Part shown: one piece after another, positions 1 through 10,422 of the stretch
How positions within the stretch are numbered: position 1 is the first letter of the stretch
Layout of the letters: each line of letters opens with the position of its first letter
Source: a virus
Lineage: Duplodnaviria; Caudoviricetes
Length of the DNA stretch: 64,000 nt
Strand: one strand, 5' to 3'
IMG/VR virus record: IMGVR_UViG_3300032283_000551
Coordinates: 1 to 64,000 of that record
The notes under the pieces: model-generated
Database searches by the model: none
Seen by the model: only the letters and a program-made list of their open reading frames with translations
Told to the model about the DNA's origin: nothing
Position numbers and translations under genes: made by a program

Positions 1-2847
1 AATAGTGCTGCCAATGGTTATGCAAATGGCGAATATATTAGAGTGGGTGCAAATACTACCAGTAATATTCGAAGAGTAATTAATAATGTCAATACAACTG
101 TTATTGCAGTTGATTTTCCGTTCAGTAATTCGTTTTCTGCAACAGGTTCATTAGCCACTATTAGTTTTAGTGGTGGTACCGCATCTGGTTATAACAACAA
201 TGATATTATAATTATAAAATCGCCAATAGTTGGATCAACAAATGCTAGAGCTACATTTACAACAAATTCAACCGGCGGAAGCTTGACTCTTACAATTGCA
301 AATACCGGTTCTGGTTTCCTTTTAGGAAATGTTCCTGTATCAAATATAGCTATTACTAATTCAACGGGTGGGACAGCTACAGGCAATTCGGCTGTGACAT
401 ATTTTGTTGCAAATGTAGATTCTGCCAATTCCCACTATAAAATGCCTGTTGTTGCAGAACCAACGCTAGTATTTGATTATAATGTCTCGGGTTATATTTC
501 AAATACAAATTTAAATTCGGTAAAAATTGCTTTAACTAATTCATCATTGTCCGGTGTATATTTTACAGTTGGTGAAAAAGTTAATATGGTCGATTCAAGC
601 CTTGTTAACCAAGGCGCTAATGGTATCATTGCTTATGCTAATTCATCAACTGCAATTTTATCAGGTGTACTTGGAACTTGGCTTGCTAATAGCGGTGGCA
701 ATCAATTTTATGTGAGTGGTGAATCATCACTGCAACGTTCACAAATAGTATCAATAGAAACCAATCCGAATATAACAATTAATAATCCAGTGGGTGATTA
801 TAAGCTTGGTTATCCCATTTTCTTTAAAGATTCATTTGGTTTTGTTTCTAATGCAATGATTGTAGCAAAGATGGATTTGCCAAATGATCAAACAGAATAT
901 CAAATTGGTCCGACTGTAAAAATAACTGGTGATGGTTCCAATGCTGCTGCTATTGCAATTGTTAATACAGCAGCAAATTCTGTTTATGATATTGTAGGAG
1001 TTGATATTATTAACCCAGGATCCGGATATACACGTGCTAATATCAGTATATATTCAAATACCGGATTTGGCCTGGTTGGAGGTGCAACCGCTAGACCAAT
1101 AATTTCACCCGTTTATGGCCACGGTTACGATGCTGTTTCTGAACTTGGTGGTAGATATGTAGGCATTAATGCTAAATTTGATACTATTTCAAATGAGAGT
1201 TATGAATTTTTACCATATGGTTCTTACAGAAAAGTAGGTATCCTTCAAAATCCTCAGTTTAAAGATATTCGTGTTACACTTACGGATTTCGATAGGGTTA
1301 ATCTCAACTTAACAAATAAAATTACAACTAATCCGAATACAAGTATTAATAATTGGATCCCCAATGAGGCTGTATATCAGACAACATCAAATACGACTCT
1401 AGCAATTAATTATAGTCTTTCTAATGGGACATTTAATATAGGTGATTCCGTTTATAATAACGTGGCGCCTACTGTAAACGGAACTGTTACTTTTGCAAAT
1501 AGCACAACCGTAATTTTGACTCTTTCCAACACACTGCCAGCTTCAGTAACGGCTTCATTTAACGCGAATACTGATGTTATTGGTGCTGTCGCAAATATAT
1601 CTAATAATACCATTCAAATAGGTTCGAATGCAACTTATCTATCTACAAATAATCTTATAACTTATAAAGTTTCTACAGGTAATACAGCAATAGGCGGTCT
1701 TAGTAATAATGGACAATATTATATTCAATTTGCAAATGCTACACATATAGCACTCAAATCATCCATTTCGAGTAATACAAGACTTACACTAGTCCCAAGT
1801 TCAATATCAGAAACTGGGCATATCTTTACTGCAGGATATTTGATTGGTAATCGTTTAATATCAAGCACAGCAAATGCTAATATTGATGCTGCATATCCGA
1901 TCATATCTTTATCTAATGTATCGGCATCTGGTATTGTTGTTTATGGCAATTCTTCTTTCCTACAATTGAAAAGTGTTAAGGGTTCATTTACTCAAAATTC
2001 GGCATTTAATGGGATTGTTGGTGTTTATTCAAATACTGCAGCATTTGTTACAAGTGCAAATACAATATATTTTCCCGTCGGCAATTCCGCCGAAATTATT
2101 ACACAATCAAATTCAGGTTCAATAGGTGTTATAACTTCTATTGTAAATAATACTGTATATTTTATGAGTAATGTTGTCGGACAATTTGCCGATGGTGATG
2201 TAATGTATGATAGTATTGTAAATGCTTATGCAACAGTAGCGGACATTTACACAGCAAATGGGACAAAGGATGTATCTGCAAGTTTTGGTAATAGATTCAA
2301 TCAAACTGCAAGAATAACTCTTACTGCAAATACCCGTGCATTTATTGATAATGAATATGTTAAACAAGATATTACCTTGGCTACCGCCAGAGTCGTTTCA
2401 TCTACGTATGAAAAAGATTTAGTAGTTTCATCGATGAGTCCGGCAAATTCATTTGTGATTGGCCAAACAGTTACAGATACTACAACAAATGCTAACGGTA
2501 TTTGCACTTTTGCTAATTCAACATATTTAAAATTGACGGCAGTCAGTCAAAATTTATCATTTAGTAATACCCATACTATAAATAATGGATCAGGATCAAC
2601 AGCTACAATCAATAATGTTTTTCCTGTTCTTATTCTTAATGACGTATCGGATATAAACAATTTTCAAGTTGCAAATGCTATTGTTGGTAGTATTTCTGGT
2701 GCATCTGGTATAAGTAATAATTATCTACTATTTAAATATCCAGATTTGGTCAGAGATTCAGGTAAATTGATATATTCAGAAAGTTTTGCACCAGTAACCC
2801 GTTCTCCTTCTACTAAGGAAGAATTTAAATTAGTCATAAAATTTTAA
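1..2847 (+). CDS. Baseplate wedge subunit, gp8-like, greatly expanded (5' truncated by window edge)
   Basis: Frame is open from base 1. C-terminus YPDLVRDSGKLIYSESFAPVTRSPSTKEEFKLVIKF matches the conserved gp8 C-terminal motif of T4-like phages; internal YRKVGILQNP and GHGYDAVSELGG motifs; lies directly before the VrlC-like gene. Confidence 0.75.
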   Translation, partial: NSAANGYANGEYIRVGANTTSNIRRVINNVNTTVIAVDFPFSNSFSATGSLATISFSGGTASGYNNNDIIIIKSPIVGSTNARATFTTNSTGGSLTLTIANTGSGFLLGNVPVSNIAITNSTGGTATGNSAVTYFVANVDSANSHYKMPVVAEPTLVFDYNVSGYISNTNLNSVKIALTNSSLSGVYFTVGEKVNMVDSSLVNQGANGIIAYANSSTAILSGVLGTWLANSGGNQFYVSGESSLQRSQIVSIETNPNITINNPVGDYKLGYPIFFKDSFGFVSNAMIVAKMDLPNDQTEYQIGPTVKITGDGSNAAAIAIVNTAANSVYDIVGVDIINPGSGYTRANISIYSNTGFGLVGGATARPIISPVYGHGYDAVSELGGRYVGINAKFDTISNESYEFLPYGSYRKVGILQNPQFKDIRVTLTDFDRVNLNLTNKITTNPNTSINNWIPNEAVYQTTSNTTLAINYSLSNGTFNIGDSVYNNVAPTVNGTVTFANSTTVILTLSNTLPASVTASFNANTDVIGAVANISNNTIQIGSNATYLSTNNLITYKVSTGNTAIGGLSNNGQYYIQFANATHIALKSSISSNTRLTLVPSSISETGHIFTAGYLIGNRLISSTANANIDAAYPIISLSNVSASGIVVYGNSSFLQLKSVKGSFTQNSAFNGIVGVYSNTAAFVTSANTIYFPVGNSAEIITQSNSGSIGVITSIVNNTVYFMSNVVGQFADGDVMYDSIVNAYATVADIYTANGTKDVSASFGNRFNQTARITLTANTRAFIDNEYVKQDITLATARVVSSTYEKDLVVSSMSPANSFVIGQTVTDTTTNANGICTFANSTYLKLTAVSQNLSFSNTHTINNGSGSTATINNVFPVLILNDVSDINNFQVANAIVGSISGASGISNNYLLFKYPDLVRDSGKLIYSESFAPVTRSPSTKEEFKLVIKF

Positions 2848-2856
2848 GAGGATAGA

Positions 2857-5800
2857 ATGGCACTAGACACAGATCTTTCACGTAAGCCGTATTTTGACGA
2901 TTATGATGTAACAAAGAATTTTTATCGTGTACTATACAGACCAGCTGCGGCGGTCCAAGCACGCGAACTCAATCAAATGCAAACCATTATGCAAGACCAA
3001 ATTGATAAATTTGGTCGACACATTTTTAAAGAAGGTTCAGTTATTGAAGGTTGTGCCTTTACATTTGATAACTCATATAACTATGTAAAAATTAAAGATA
3101 ATTATGCAAATAATTCGGCTATTTCAAATATCAGTGATTTTATTGGTAAAACAGTTATTAATACAAATGGTTTACAAGCTAGAGTCATTAATTCTGTTAA
3201 TGGTTATGAATCAAACAATATAAATTTAAATTCTCTTTATCTAAAATATTTAAATTCATCAACATATGCAAACGGTTTACAGCAAAGCACCTTCTCCAAT
3301 GGTGAAGTAATTCAAATAAGAACCTCTGCAAATGTAAATATTGGAAATGTTGTTGTTGCTACTGTTACAAATTCTACTGGTAAAGGTTATGCTTTTACCA
3401 CTACAGAAGGTGTAATTTTCAAGAAAGGTTTCTTTATTAGAGTAGAACCTCAAACTCTAATAGTGTCAAAATATGATAACATACCCGATGGTATCTCAGT
3501 TGGTTTTGAAGCCGATGAACAAATTATAACACCTGAAATTGATACTTCACTTCTCGATAATGCGGCTGGATCACCAAATTATGATGCTCCCGGAGCGCAT
3601 CGTTTGAAACTTGTGCCTACTTTGGTTACAAGAGCATCAAATTCCATATCCAATACATCAACATTCTTTTCGCTATGCGACTTTAAAAATGGATTGCCTA
3701 TCTCGGTCAAAAATGACCCACAATATGCCGCTTTAGCCAAAGATACAGCACGTAGAACATATGAAACAAATGGTGATTATGTTGTAAATCCTTTTCTTTT
3801 AAGTACCTCAAATAAGATTACTAATAGTATTGCAAATTCTTCATACAATAGTATTGTTGCCTCACCAGGTATTGGCTATGTAAAAGGATATAGAGTTGAG
3901 TTTGTTAACAATAATACGGCCGATTTAAGAAAGGGTCTTGATTATGTAACTGTCAATAATCAAATTGTAACAGCTACTTTTGGTTATTACTTCAATGTGA
4001 ATGAATTTTGTGGTGATTTTAATAATAAAAATGCTGCGCAAGTTGATCTTCATAGCGTTGCCAAAACTGCTATTTCGAACAATACATTTTTAACCACGTC
4101 ATATTCATCTACCACAAAAATTGGTACTGCTTATGTTCGCGGTGTGAGTTATTCATCTGGAACACCCGGTGTTGATGCTGTATATGAAATCTATGTTTTT
4201 AATATTCAAATGTCGGCAGGTCAAAAACTTTCCGATGTACGAAGTGTGATTTATTATAGTGGTAGTTTAAAAGCAGTAGCAGATATTATTCTTGATAAAG
4301 ATTTCAGCGGTGTAAATATTGCCAAGGTTCAGGCTTCTAATACAGAACTGATGATTTATCCATTTGGCCAAAATGCAATAAGACCAGAAGGATTTTCAAC
4401 TACAGCACAATACATCTATAGAAATAGAGTTAATTCAAGTTTTGCGGCATTTAGTGGATCGTTGGCATTGACTATGCCATCCGTATTCGGTCAAGGTTCG
4501 GAGCTTTTTAATTATGGGACCGGTGTTCTTTCTCAATCTGCAAAAAATTCTTTTATTGTGATACCAACTGCAAATGGCTATAGCCCTAATAAGTCTGGCA
4601 CTGTTTCTGTAAATACTACATCAGTAAACGTTGTCGGTTCTTCTACCACGTTTTTATCTCAGTATCAGGTTGGCGATTATTTTTATTGTAATACGGATAC
4701 AAAAAAAATTGTATCAATTACAACTAATACTTCAATGGCCGTAGATTCTGTATTTAATTTTGCCTCTTCTGGTCTTACGCACCAAAAAACTTGGCCTGCA
4801 GGTGTTCCTATTAATTTTTCTTTACCTTCAAGAACAATTAATATCACATCTCCAACTACCGCAACAATTTCCTTAGAGGAAGCAAGTAATACAGACTTTG
4901 GTGCAGCAGTTTATTTTGATACTTTGCGTGCAAATACAATTCCTATTGCTAAGGAATTAAAAAATTCAACATATATTCGTATTCAAGCAAATACCCATCC
5001 TGCAGGCGCGGCAGGTCCGTGGTGTCTTGGTATACCTGATGTTTTTAGATTAAATGCCGTTTATATTGATGAAAGTGGTTCTAATACATATTCATCTAAC
5101 AATACAAATATAACAGGATCATTTAGACTGAATAATGGTCAACAGGATTCTTATTATGGTCTTGCATATATTTCTACAAGAAAACCAATAGCACCAAATT
5201 CAACTTTACTTATATCTGTAGATAATTTTGTAACTGCTAACGGTGGTGGTGGTGTAGGATTCTTTACCGCAGCTTCATATCCTATAGATGATGTTAATAT
5301 ATCAGATACCACAAAAATTAGAACTCATCAAATACCGCAATATACCTCAACGATAGGGACAACGATTGATCTAAGAAATAGTATTGATTTTAGACCATAT
5401 GCTGTAAATACTGCAATCGATAATGGTAGTACTGAAAATACGGCAACAATTAATCCTTCAAATACTTTTATTTTAAAAACTTATGGTTCCGGAAGTGCCA
5501 ATGGCGTTTATTTGGTAGCACCTGATTCAAATTATCAATCGGTGGTGCAATATTATTTACCTAGAAAAGACCGAATTGCTCTGACCACATCAGGTGAAAT
5601 GCTTGTGACGGAAGGTGAGTCATCGTTGACGCCAGTACCGCCAAATGAAATACCGGGCACAATGACTATTGGTTTTGCCACGGTACCGCCATATCCTTCG
5701 CTTACACCTACTGAATCCAAAATCAGTAATCGTTATGATTATTCTGTTCAAACAACGTTGTTTCAAACAAAACGTTATACAATGGCTGATATCAATAAAC

Positions 5801-7665
5801 TTTCAAAGCGTATTGAAAGACTTGAATATTATACATCCTTATCATTATTGGAACAAGCTACAAATTCGTTAACAGTTCGTAGTGATGCTACCGGTCAGAA
5901 TCGTTTCAAAAACGGTATTTTGGTTGATCCGTTTAAAGATCACTCAATTGGTAATACAAATGATGGCACATATAATATTGCAATTGATAGAAATACCGCC
6001 GAGGCTAGACCTTTATTTAATCAAATGACATCTGGTCTTGAATTTGATTCTTCAAAATCTACCGCACAAAAAGCTGGTGATTTAATTTTATTGCCTCATA
6101 CCTCAAATAATTTAAATCAGAGCCAAATATTTGCTTCCAAATATAGAAATTGCATTGAAGGTAATATTTATAATTATCGTGGTACGCTTAAACTAACTCC
6201 ACCTGGTATTACAACCGCGGATCTTTTGCAAAAACCATTAATTAATGGAAGTATTGACAATTATACCAATTTTGTAAAGGGTGGTTCCAGTAATCTTAAC
6301 ACGGAGTGGGGTAATTGGACAGATGCAGGTAGTCCATCGATCACCGGTCAAGATACTCAAACAAATCTAACTGCAGCTTCACAAACATCTCAAACGTTTA
6401 GAACTACGACTACAACAACTCTAGCTCAACAACAATCGCGTACCGGTAAAAAATTTACAACACAACCTACTGAATCTACTGTTGATGTGGGTGATTATGT
6501 TACAGATGTTTCAATACAAACATATATACCATCCACCGATGTGTATTTTACAGCTAAAGGTATGAAACCTAATACAAATCTTTATGTATATTTTGATAAT
6601 ATAAATGTAAGTGTTTATTGTTTAAATCTAACGCCATATGTAGGATCGTGGACAAAATCTGGTGGTAATTATATTGCAACAAATGGATCTTATGTGTATA
6701 TTGCGCATGATGGTACTGTTTATTCACATTCGAATTACTGGGGTGCTCAAATAACTAGTGATAGTTATGGAAACGTTTATGGTATATTTAAAATACCGCC
6801 GAATATTTTTAAAAGCGGTCAACTAGAGTTTAAACTTACAGATATTGCATATTTGGAACAAGGTGAGAGTGCTGTATCAACTCAAGCAACTTATAGTATG
6901 TTTTGTTCACCTCTTTCAATACAGAAGCAAAAATCACTTTTAACAATTAGATCACCACAAATAGTAACTGAAGAAGTTACAGAATCACAAGTAATATATA
7001 AAAATACATCAGATTATACAGAGTGGGTTAAAGATCTTCCTCCAATTGTTAAACCACCTGTAACACCCACGTTTCCGGAACGTGAAACGCCGATATCGCC
7101 ACCACCGGTATCACCACCACCTGTAGTACAACCGCCGATAACACCAACACCAACACCGGTAACACCAACTCAACCGGTAAATCCACAACCAGAAACCCAA
7201 CCACCGATAACACCAACGCCGGTAACCGTTGTGGACGTACCAGTTGCGTGTTATCCGATATTACCGCCTCCACAGGATCATGTGCCATGGCTACCACCAT
7301 TTGCTTTCATACAGGATCCGGCCGGAGAATATTTAATTCCACTACAACATACTGATTTTGGTTTTGATTTATATATTCCACTTCCACCACCACCTTCACC
7401 AGTGGTTCCTGCTGATGATATATGCGCGCTGCCTCTGACGCCTGCAGGACAACCGGATCCAGTTCAACCGCCGACAGTAGCTATAGAACCTGCTGCTCCT
7501 GTTATAACAGGATGGACCGAACATTGGTCTGGTGATGGTACATGTTGGCCGGAACCTATCTATGATAATTCAAGTCCAGGATTATCACAATATGGAGGAG
7601 AAGGAGGAGAAGGGGGATGGTATAGTTCGGATTATTATTGGGATCCGGGCTCTCCAGGAAATTGA
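2857..7665 (+). CDS. VrlC/DUF4815-like large virion (baseplate-associated) protein, N-terminal part with Pro-rich C-terminal tail
   Basis: N-terminus PYFDDYD..KNFYRVLYRP..AVQARELNQMQTI.QDQI..FG.HIFKEGS and internal RFKNGILVDPF are characteristic of the family in T4-like phages. Confidence 0.8.
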   Translation: MALDTDLSRKPYFDDYDVTKNFYRVLYRPAAAVQARELNQMQTIMQDQIDKFGRHIFKEGSVIEGCAFTFDNSYNYVKIKDNYANNSAISNISDFIGKTVINTNGLQARVINSVNGYESNNINLNSLYLKYLNSSTYANGLQQSTFSNGEVIQIRTSANVNIGNVVVATVTNSTGKGYAFTTTEGVIFKKGFFIRVEPQTLIVSKYDNIPDGISVGFEADEQIITPEIDTSLLDNAAGSPNYDAPGAHRLKLVPTLVTRASNSISNTSTFFSLCDFKNGLPISVKNDPQYAALAKDTARRTYETNGDYVVNPFLLSTSNKITNSIANSSYNSIVASPGIGYVKGYRVEFVNNNTADLRKGLDYVTVNNQIVTATFGYYFNVNEFCGDFNNKNAAQVDLHSVAKTAISNNTFLTTSYSSTTKIGTAYVRGVSYSSGTPGVDAVYEIYVFNIQMSAGQKLSDVRSVIYYSGSLKAVADIILDKDFSGVNIAKVQASNTELMIYPFGQNAIRPEGFSTTAQYIYRNRVNSSFAAFSGSLALTMPSVFGQGSELFNYGTGVLSQSAKNSFIVIPTANGYSPNKSGTVSVNTTSVNVVGSSTTFLSQYQVGDYFYCNTDTKKIVSITTNTSMAVDSVFNFASSGLTHQKTWPAGVPINFSLPSRTINITSPTTATISLEEASNTDFGAAVYFDTLRANTIPIAKELKNSTYIRIQANTHPAGAAGPWCLGIPDVFRLNAVYIDESGSNTYSSNNTNITGSFRLNNGQQDSYYGLAYISTRKPIAPNSTLLISVDNFVTANGGGGVGFFTAASYPIDDVNISDTTKIRTHQIPQYTSTIGTTIDLRNSIDFRPYAVNTAIDNGSTENTATINPSNTFILKTYGSGSANGVYLVAPDSNYQSVVQYYLPRKDRIALTTSGEMLVTEGESSLTPVPPNEIPGTMTIGFATVPPYPSLTPTESKISNRYDYSVQTTLFQTKRYTMADINKLSKRIERLEYYTSLSLLEQATNSLTVRSDATGQNRFKNGILVDPFKDHSIGNTNDGTYNIAIDRNTAEARPLFNQMTSGLEFDSSKSTAQKAGDLILLPHTSNNLNQSQIFASKYRNCIEGNIYNYRGTLKLTPPGITTADLLQKPLINGSIDNYTNFVKGGSSNLNTEWGNWTDAGSPSITGQDTQTNLTAASQTSQTFRTTTTTTLAQQQSRTGKKFTTQPTESTVDVGDYVTDVSIQTYIPSTDVYFTAKGMKPNTNLYVYFDNINVSVYCLNLTPYVGSWTKSGGNYIATNGSYVYIAHDGTVYSHSNYWGAQITSDSYGNVYGIFKIPPNIFKSGQLEFKLTDIAYLEQGESAVSTQATYSMFCSPLSIQKQKSLLTIRSPQIVTEEVTESQVIYKNTSDYTEWVKDLPPIVKPPVTPTFPERETPISPPPVSPPPVVQPPITPTPTPVTPTQPVNPQPETQPPITPTPVTVVDVPVACYPILPPPQDHVPWLPPFAFIQDPAGEYLIPLQHTDFGFDLYIPLPPPPSPVVPADDICALPLTPAGQPDPVQPPTVAIEPAAPVITGWTEHWSGDGTCWPEPIYDNSSPGLSQYGGEGGEGGWYSSDYYWDPGSPGN

Positions 7666-7678
7666 TCTTATAATTGTG

Positions 7679-7686
7679 AATAAATA
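7679..7686 (+). promoter_or_regulatory. Late promoter variant AATAAATA upstream of the VrlC C-terminal gene
   Basis: Intergenic match to the T4 gp55-type -10 element. Confidence 0.55.
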
Positions 7687-7709
7687 TTAAAAAACGGAAT
7701 GAGAAGTAA

Positions 7710-10199
7710 ATGACGAAGCCGATTGCTCAAACTTTCATTATTAACGAACCTGACAGAGGTGTTGATATTATTTTCCTTACAAAAGTAGATTTGTTTTTTC
7801 AGAGCAAATCTAGTACTTTTGGTGTGGAATTACAGATAAGAGAAACCGTTAATGGTTATCCTTCAAGTAAAGTAGTACCATATGGTACTAAAACTCTTTA
7901 TTCATCACAAGTAAAAACAAGTTCGGATGCATCCACTCCAACAACATTTACTTTTGATACTCCTGTAGTTTTAAGAACAAATGAACAATATGCTTTGGTT
8001 ATTGTACCTGATGGCGGTAATCCTGATTATAATGTATGGATTGGTGCATTAAATGGTATTGATATTGTAACAAAAACTCCAATTTTTACAAATAATCAAC
8101 TAGGATCTTTGTTCATATCATCAAACGATTTGAATTTTACACCTATTCAAAATGAAAGTATTAAATATAATCTTTATACCGCCGAATTTACTAATGCATC
8201 GGCAACAGCCGTATTTAAAAATACTTCAGTTGATAAATTCTCGATTAATAAATCTGCTGGTGCGTTTTCAAAAGGTGAACAGATTGTTGTTTCAAATAAT
8301 GCATTAAAATTGTCATCATTGACTATAAGCGGTTCTAATACGTTCACCGTCGGTGAAACTGTATTTCAACCGGCTGGATCTAATGTTGCTAATTTATCCG
8401 TTGCAACGACTTATGGTACGGTATTGTTTGCAAACACAACAGCTGTTGTTATAGGCAACACATATGGTATTTTTACTACCGCCAATACAAGAGGTGCTAC
8501 ATCAAATAATGTTTCAACTGCAATCTCTGCAGATCAAAATGTAGCAACATCTTCTGCGTGTAATGTCATAACAGTACCAAATGCAAATTCAAGTTTAATT
8601 ACAGATTTTGTGGCAAACAATTATATTTACGTCGGAGCTAATACAGGCGCTAATGTAAATGTAAGAAAAATTATTTCTGTTTCGGCTAGTGCTAGAACCT
8701 TAACACTAGATTCAAATGTTAATTTTACATCCAATACTGCAATTATTGGTAGAGTAAAAGCTGATGCAGATCTTAGAGGTTATTTTAGTGCAATAACACC
8801 TGGTTATAATGGCATTCTCAGTATATACGGCGTTTCTTCAAATGGAACACAAAATTTTGCCAGTAGTAATGGTCAACTTTTAATTGGCGTAACATCTGGC
8901 GCATCTGCACAAATTAATAAAATTCTTGACTCAGAATATCAAAGCATAACAAGTCAAATTTCAAATATATATCCAAATCAAACTGATATACTTTGGTCTT
9001 TCAAAGGTACTGATACTGATAGAGTTGTTGATACTCTTTATAACAGTATTGATAGCGATATACCATACGAGTTTAATGATAAACCTAGAATGATGATGTC
9101 TAGAAGTAATGAATATCAATATTCAGGTGGTAATAATTCATTGTCTGTTTTTGCGTCCTTAGGTACATTTAATAAAAAAATTAGTCCATACATTGATACT
9201 TTACGTAATGTAGCAACCCTAACAGATAACGTTATCTGTAAAGAATCTGAATTATCTGGTTATAGAATTGCTTATAGTAATACAAATGGAAATTTCTATG
9301 AGGGCGATATAATCCAACAAGCTAATTCTACTGTAACTGCAAATGGAACTGTATTTTCATCCAATTCTAGCACGATTTATGTGGTTAATGTTGTATCTTC
9401 AAATACATCATCGGTAACTAAATTTGCAATTTCGAATACAACGGTATATAATGCAACTCAAGCAGTAAGTGCTAATATTACCGGTGTATCTAGTTTTAGT
9501 GAAGTTACAGGTGCTGCTCAAAAATACGCCTCTAGATATATTTCAAAGAATGTTGTTCTTGCCGATCAGCAAGATGCAGAAGATATGGTTTGTTATATTA
9601 CTGCATATAGACCACCGGGATCCAATTTCAAAGTCTATGGTAAATTTCTAGCGGGTGCCGATTCGGATAGCATTACAAATAAAGATTGGTCTGCTATGAT
9701 TGAATTGTCAGATCCTTCTCTTACAAGTAGTCTTGTGAACAAAGATGATTTTGTTGAATTGATCTATGATCTTCCGACTTCACAAGTAGTTATTGCTAGT
9801 AATGCATCAGTAAATGCAACATCAGCAAATATTACTGTAAGTTCTACATTTGATTTTACCCCAGGTGGTTTTGTATATGTTGCCGCGAACACTTCCTCAA
9901 ATACTATTGGATTTAACGTCAGACAAGTTATTGCAATACCAAATTCAACTGTATTGACTGTTTCATCTAATCTATCATTAGTATCAACAAATGCTACGGT
10001 TGGTATAATTCCTGGTTTAGAGTCTCAATATGGGGCGTTTACATATGCTAATAATAACAACATAGTTCGATATACCACACCTGCTGATGGTGTATTTGAA
10101 ACATTTAAAACATTTGCAACCAAGATTGTCTTGGTCACAGACACACCTCAGATTATACCTAGAATGGCAGATATGCGTTGCCTTGCTTTACAGATTTAA
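7710..10199 (+). CDS. VrlC/DUF4815-like protein, C-terminal part encoded as a separate gene
   Basis: Starts with PIAQTF..IFLTKVDLFFQSK..VELQIRETVNGYP (the DPLAQTF segment) and ends with ..PRMADMRCLALQI, which normally form the C-terminal portion of one VrlC-like polypeptide; own AATAAATA at 7679. Confidence 0.7.
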   Translation: MTKPIAQTFIINEPDRGVDIIFLTKVDLFFQSKSSTFGVELQIRETVNGYPSSKVVPYGTKTLYSSQVKTSSDASTPTTFTFDTPVVLRTNEQYALVIVPDGGNPDYNVWIGALNGIDIVTKTPIFTNNQLGSLFISSNDLNFTPIQNESIKYNLYTAEFTNASATAVFKNTSVDKFSINKSAGAFSKGEQIVVSNNALKLSSLTISGSNTFTVGETVFQPAGSNVANLSVATTYGTVLFANTTAVVIGNTYGIFTTANTRGATSNNVSTAISADQNVATSSACNVITVPNANSSLITDFVANNYIYVGANTGANVNVRKIISVSASARTLTLDSNVNFTSNTAIIGRVKADADLRGYFSAITPGYNGILSIYGVSSNGTQNFASSNGQLLIGVTSGASAQINKILDSEYQSITSQISNIYPNQTDILWSFKGTDTDRVVDTLYNSIDSDIPYEFNDKPRMMMSRSNEYQYSGGNNSLSVFASLGTFNKKISPYIDTLRNVATLTDNVICKESELSGYRIAYSNTNGNFYEGDIIQQANSTVTANGTVFSSNSSTIYVVNVVSSNTSSVTKFAISNTTVYNATQAVSANITGVSSFSEVTGAAQKYASRYISKNVVLADQQDAEDMVCYITAYRPPGSNFKVYGKFLAGADSDSITNKDWSAMIELSDPSLTSSLVNKDDFVELIYDLPTSQVVIASNASVNATSANITVSSTFDFTPGGFVYVAANTSSNTIGFNVRQVIAIPNSTVLTVSSNLSLVSTNATVGIIPGLESQYGAFTYANNNNIVRYTTPADGVFETFKTFATKIVLVTDTPQIIPRMADMRCLALQI

Positions 10200-10203
10200 T
10201 AAT

Positions 10204-10419
10204 ATGTCTGAAATTTTAAAAGTAAAAGATAATAAAGATCTTGTAAGACAGAAAGATAGTAAAGCTATCCTAAATGTCAATACAAGAGAGCTTGATAAAT
10301 ATAAAAAAGAGCGTGAAGAAAAATTTAGATTGCAAAAGTTATTTGAAGAAAATGATCAACTTAAGAATGATGTAGAAGAAATCAAGTCTTTATTAAGACA
10401 ATTGATAGGGCAGAAATAA
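10204..10419 (+). CDS. Small conserved T4-like virion-region protein with C-terminal coiled coil (71 aa)
   Basis: ATG at 10204 follows the previous stop (the ORF-track start at 10087 overlaps the upstream gene); KVKDNKDLVR..SKAILNVN motif typical of the ORF after VrlC. Confidence 0.65.
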   Translation: MSEILKVKDNKDLVRQKDSKAILNVNTRELDKYKKEREEKFRLQKLFEENDQLKNDVEEIKSLLRQLIGQK

Positions 10420-10422
10420 AAT

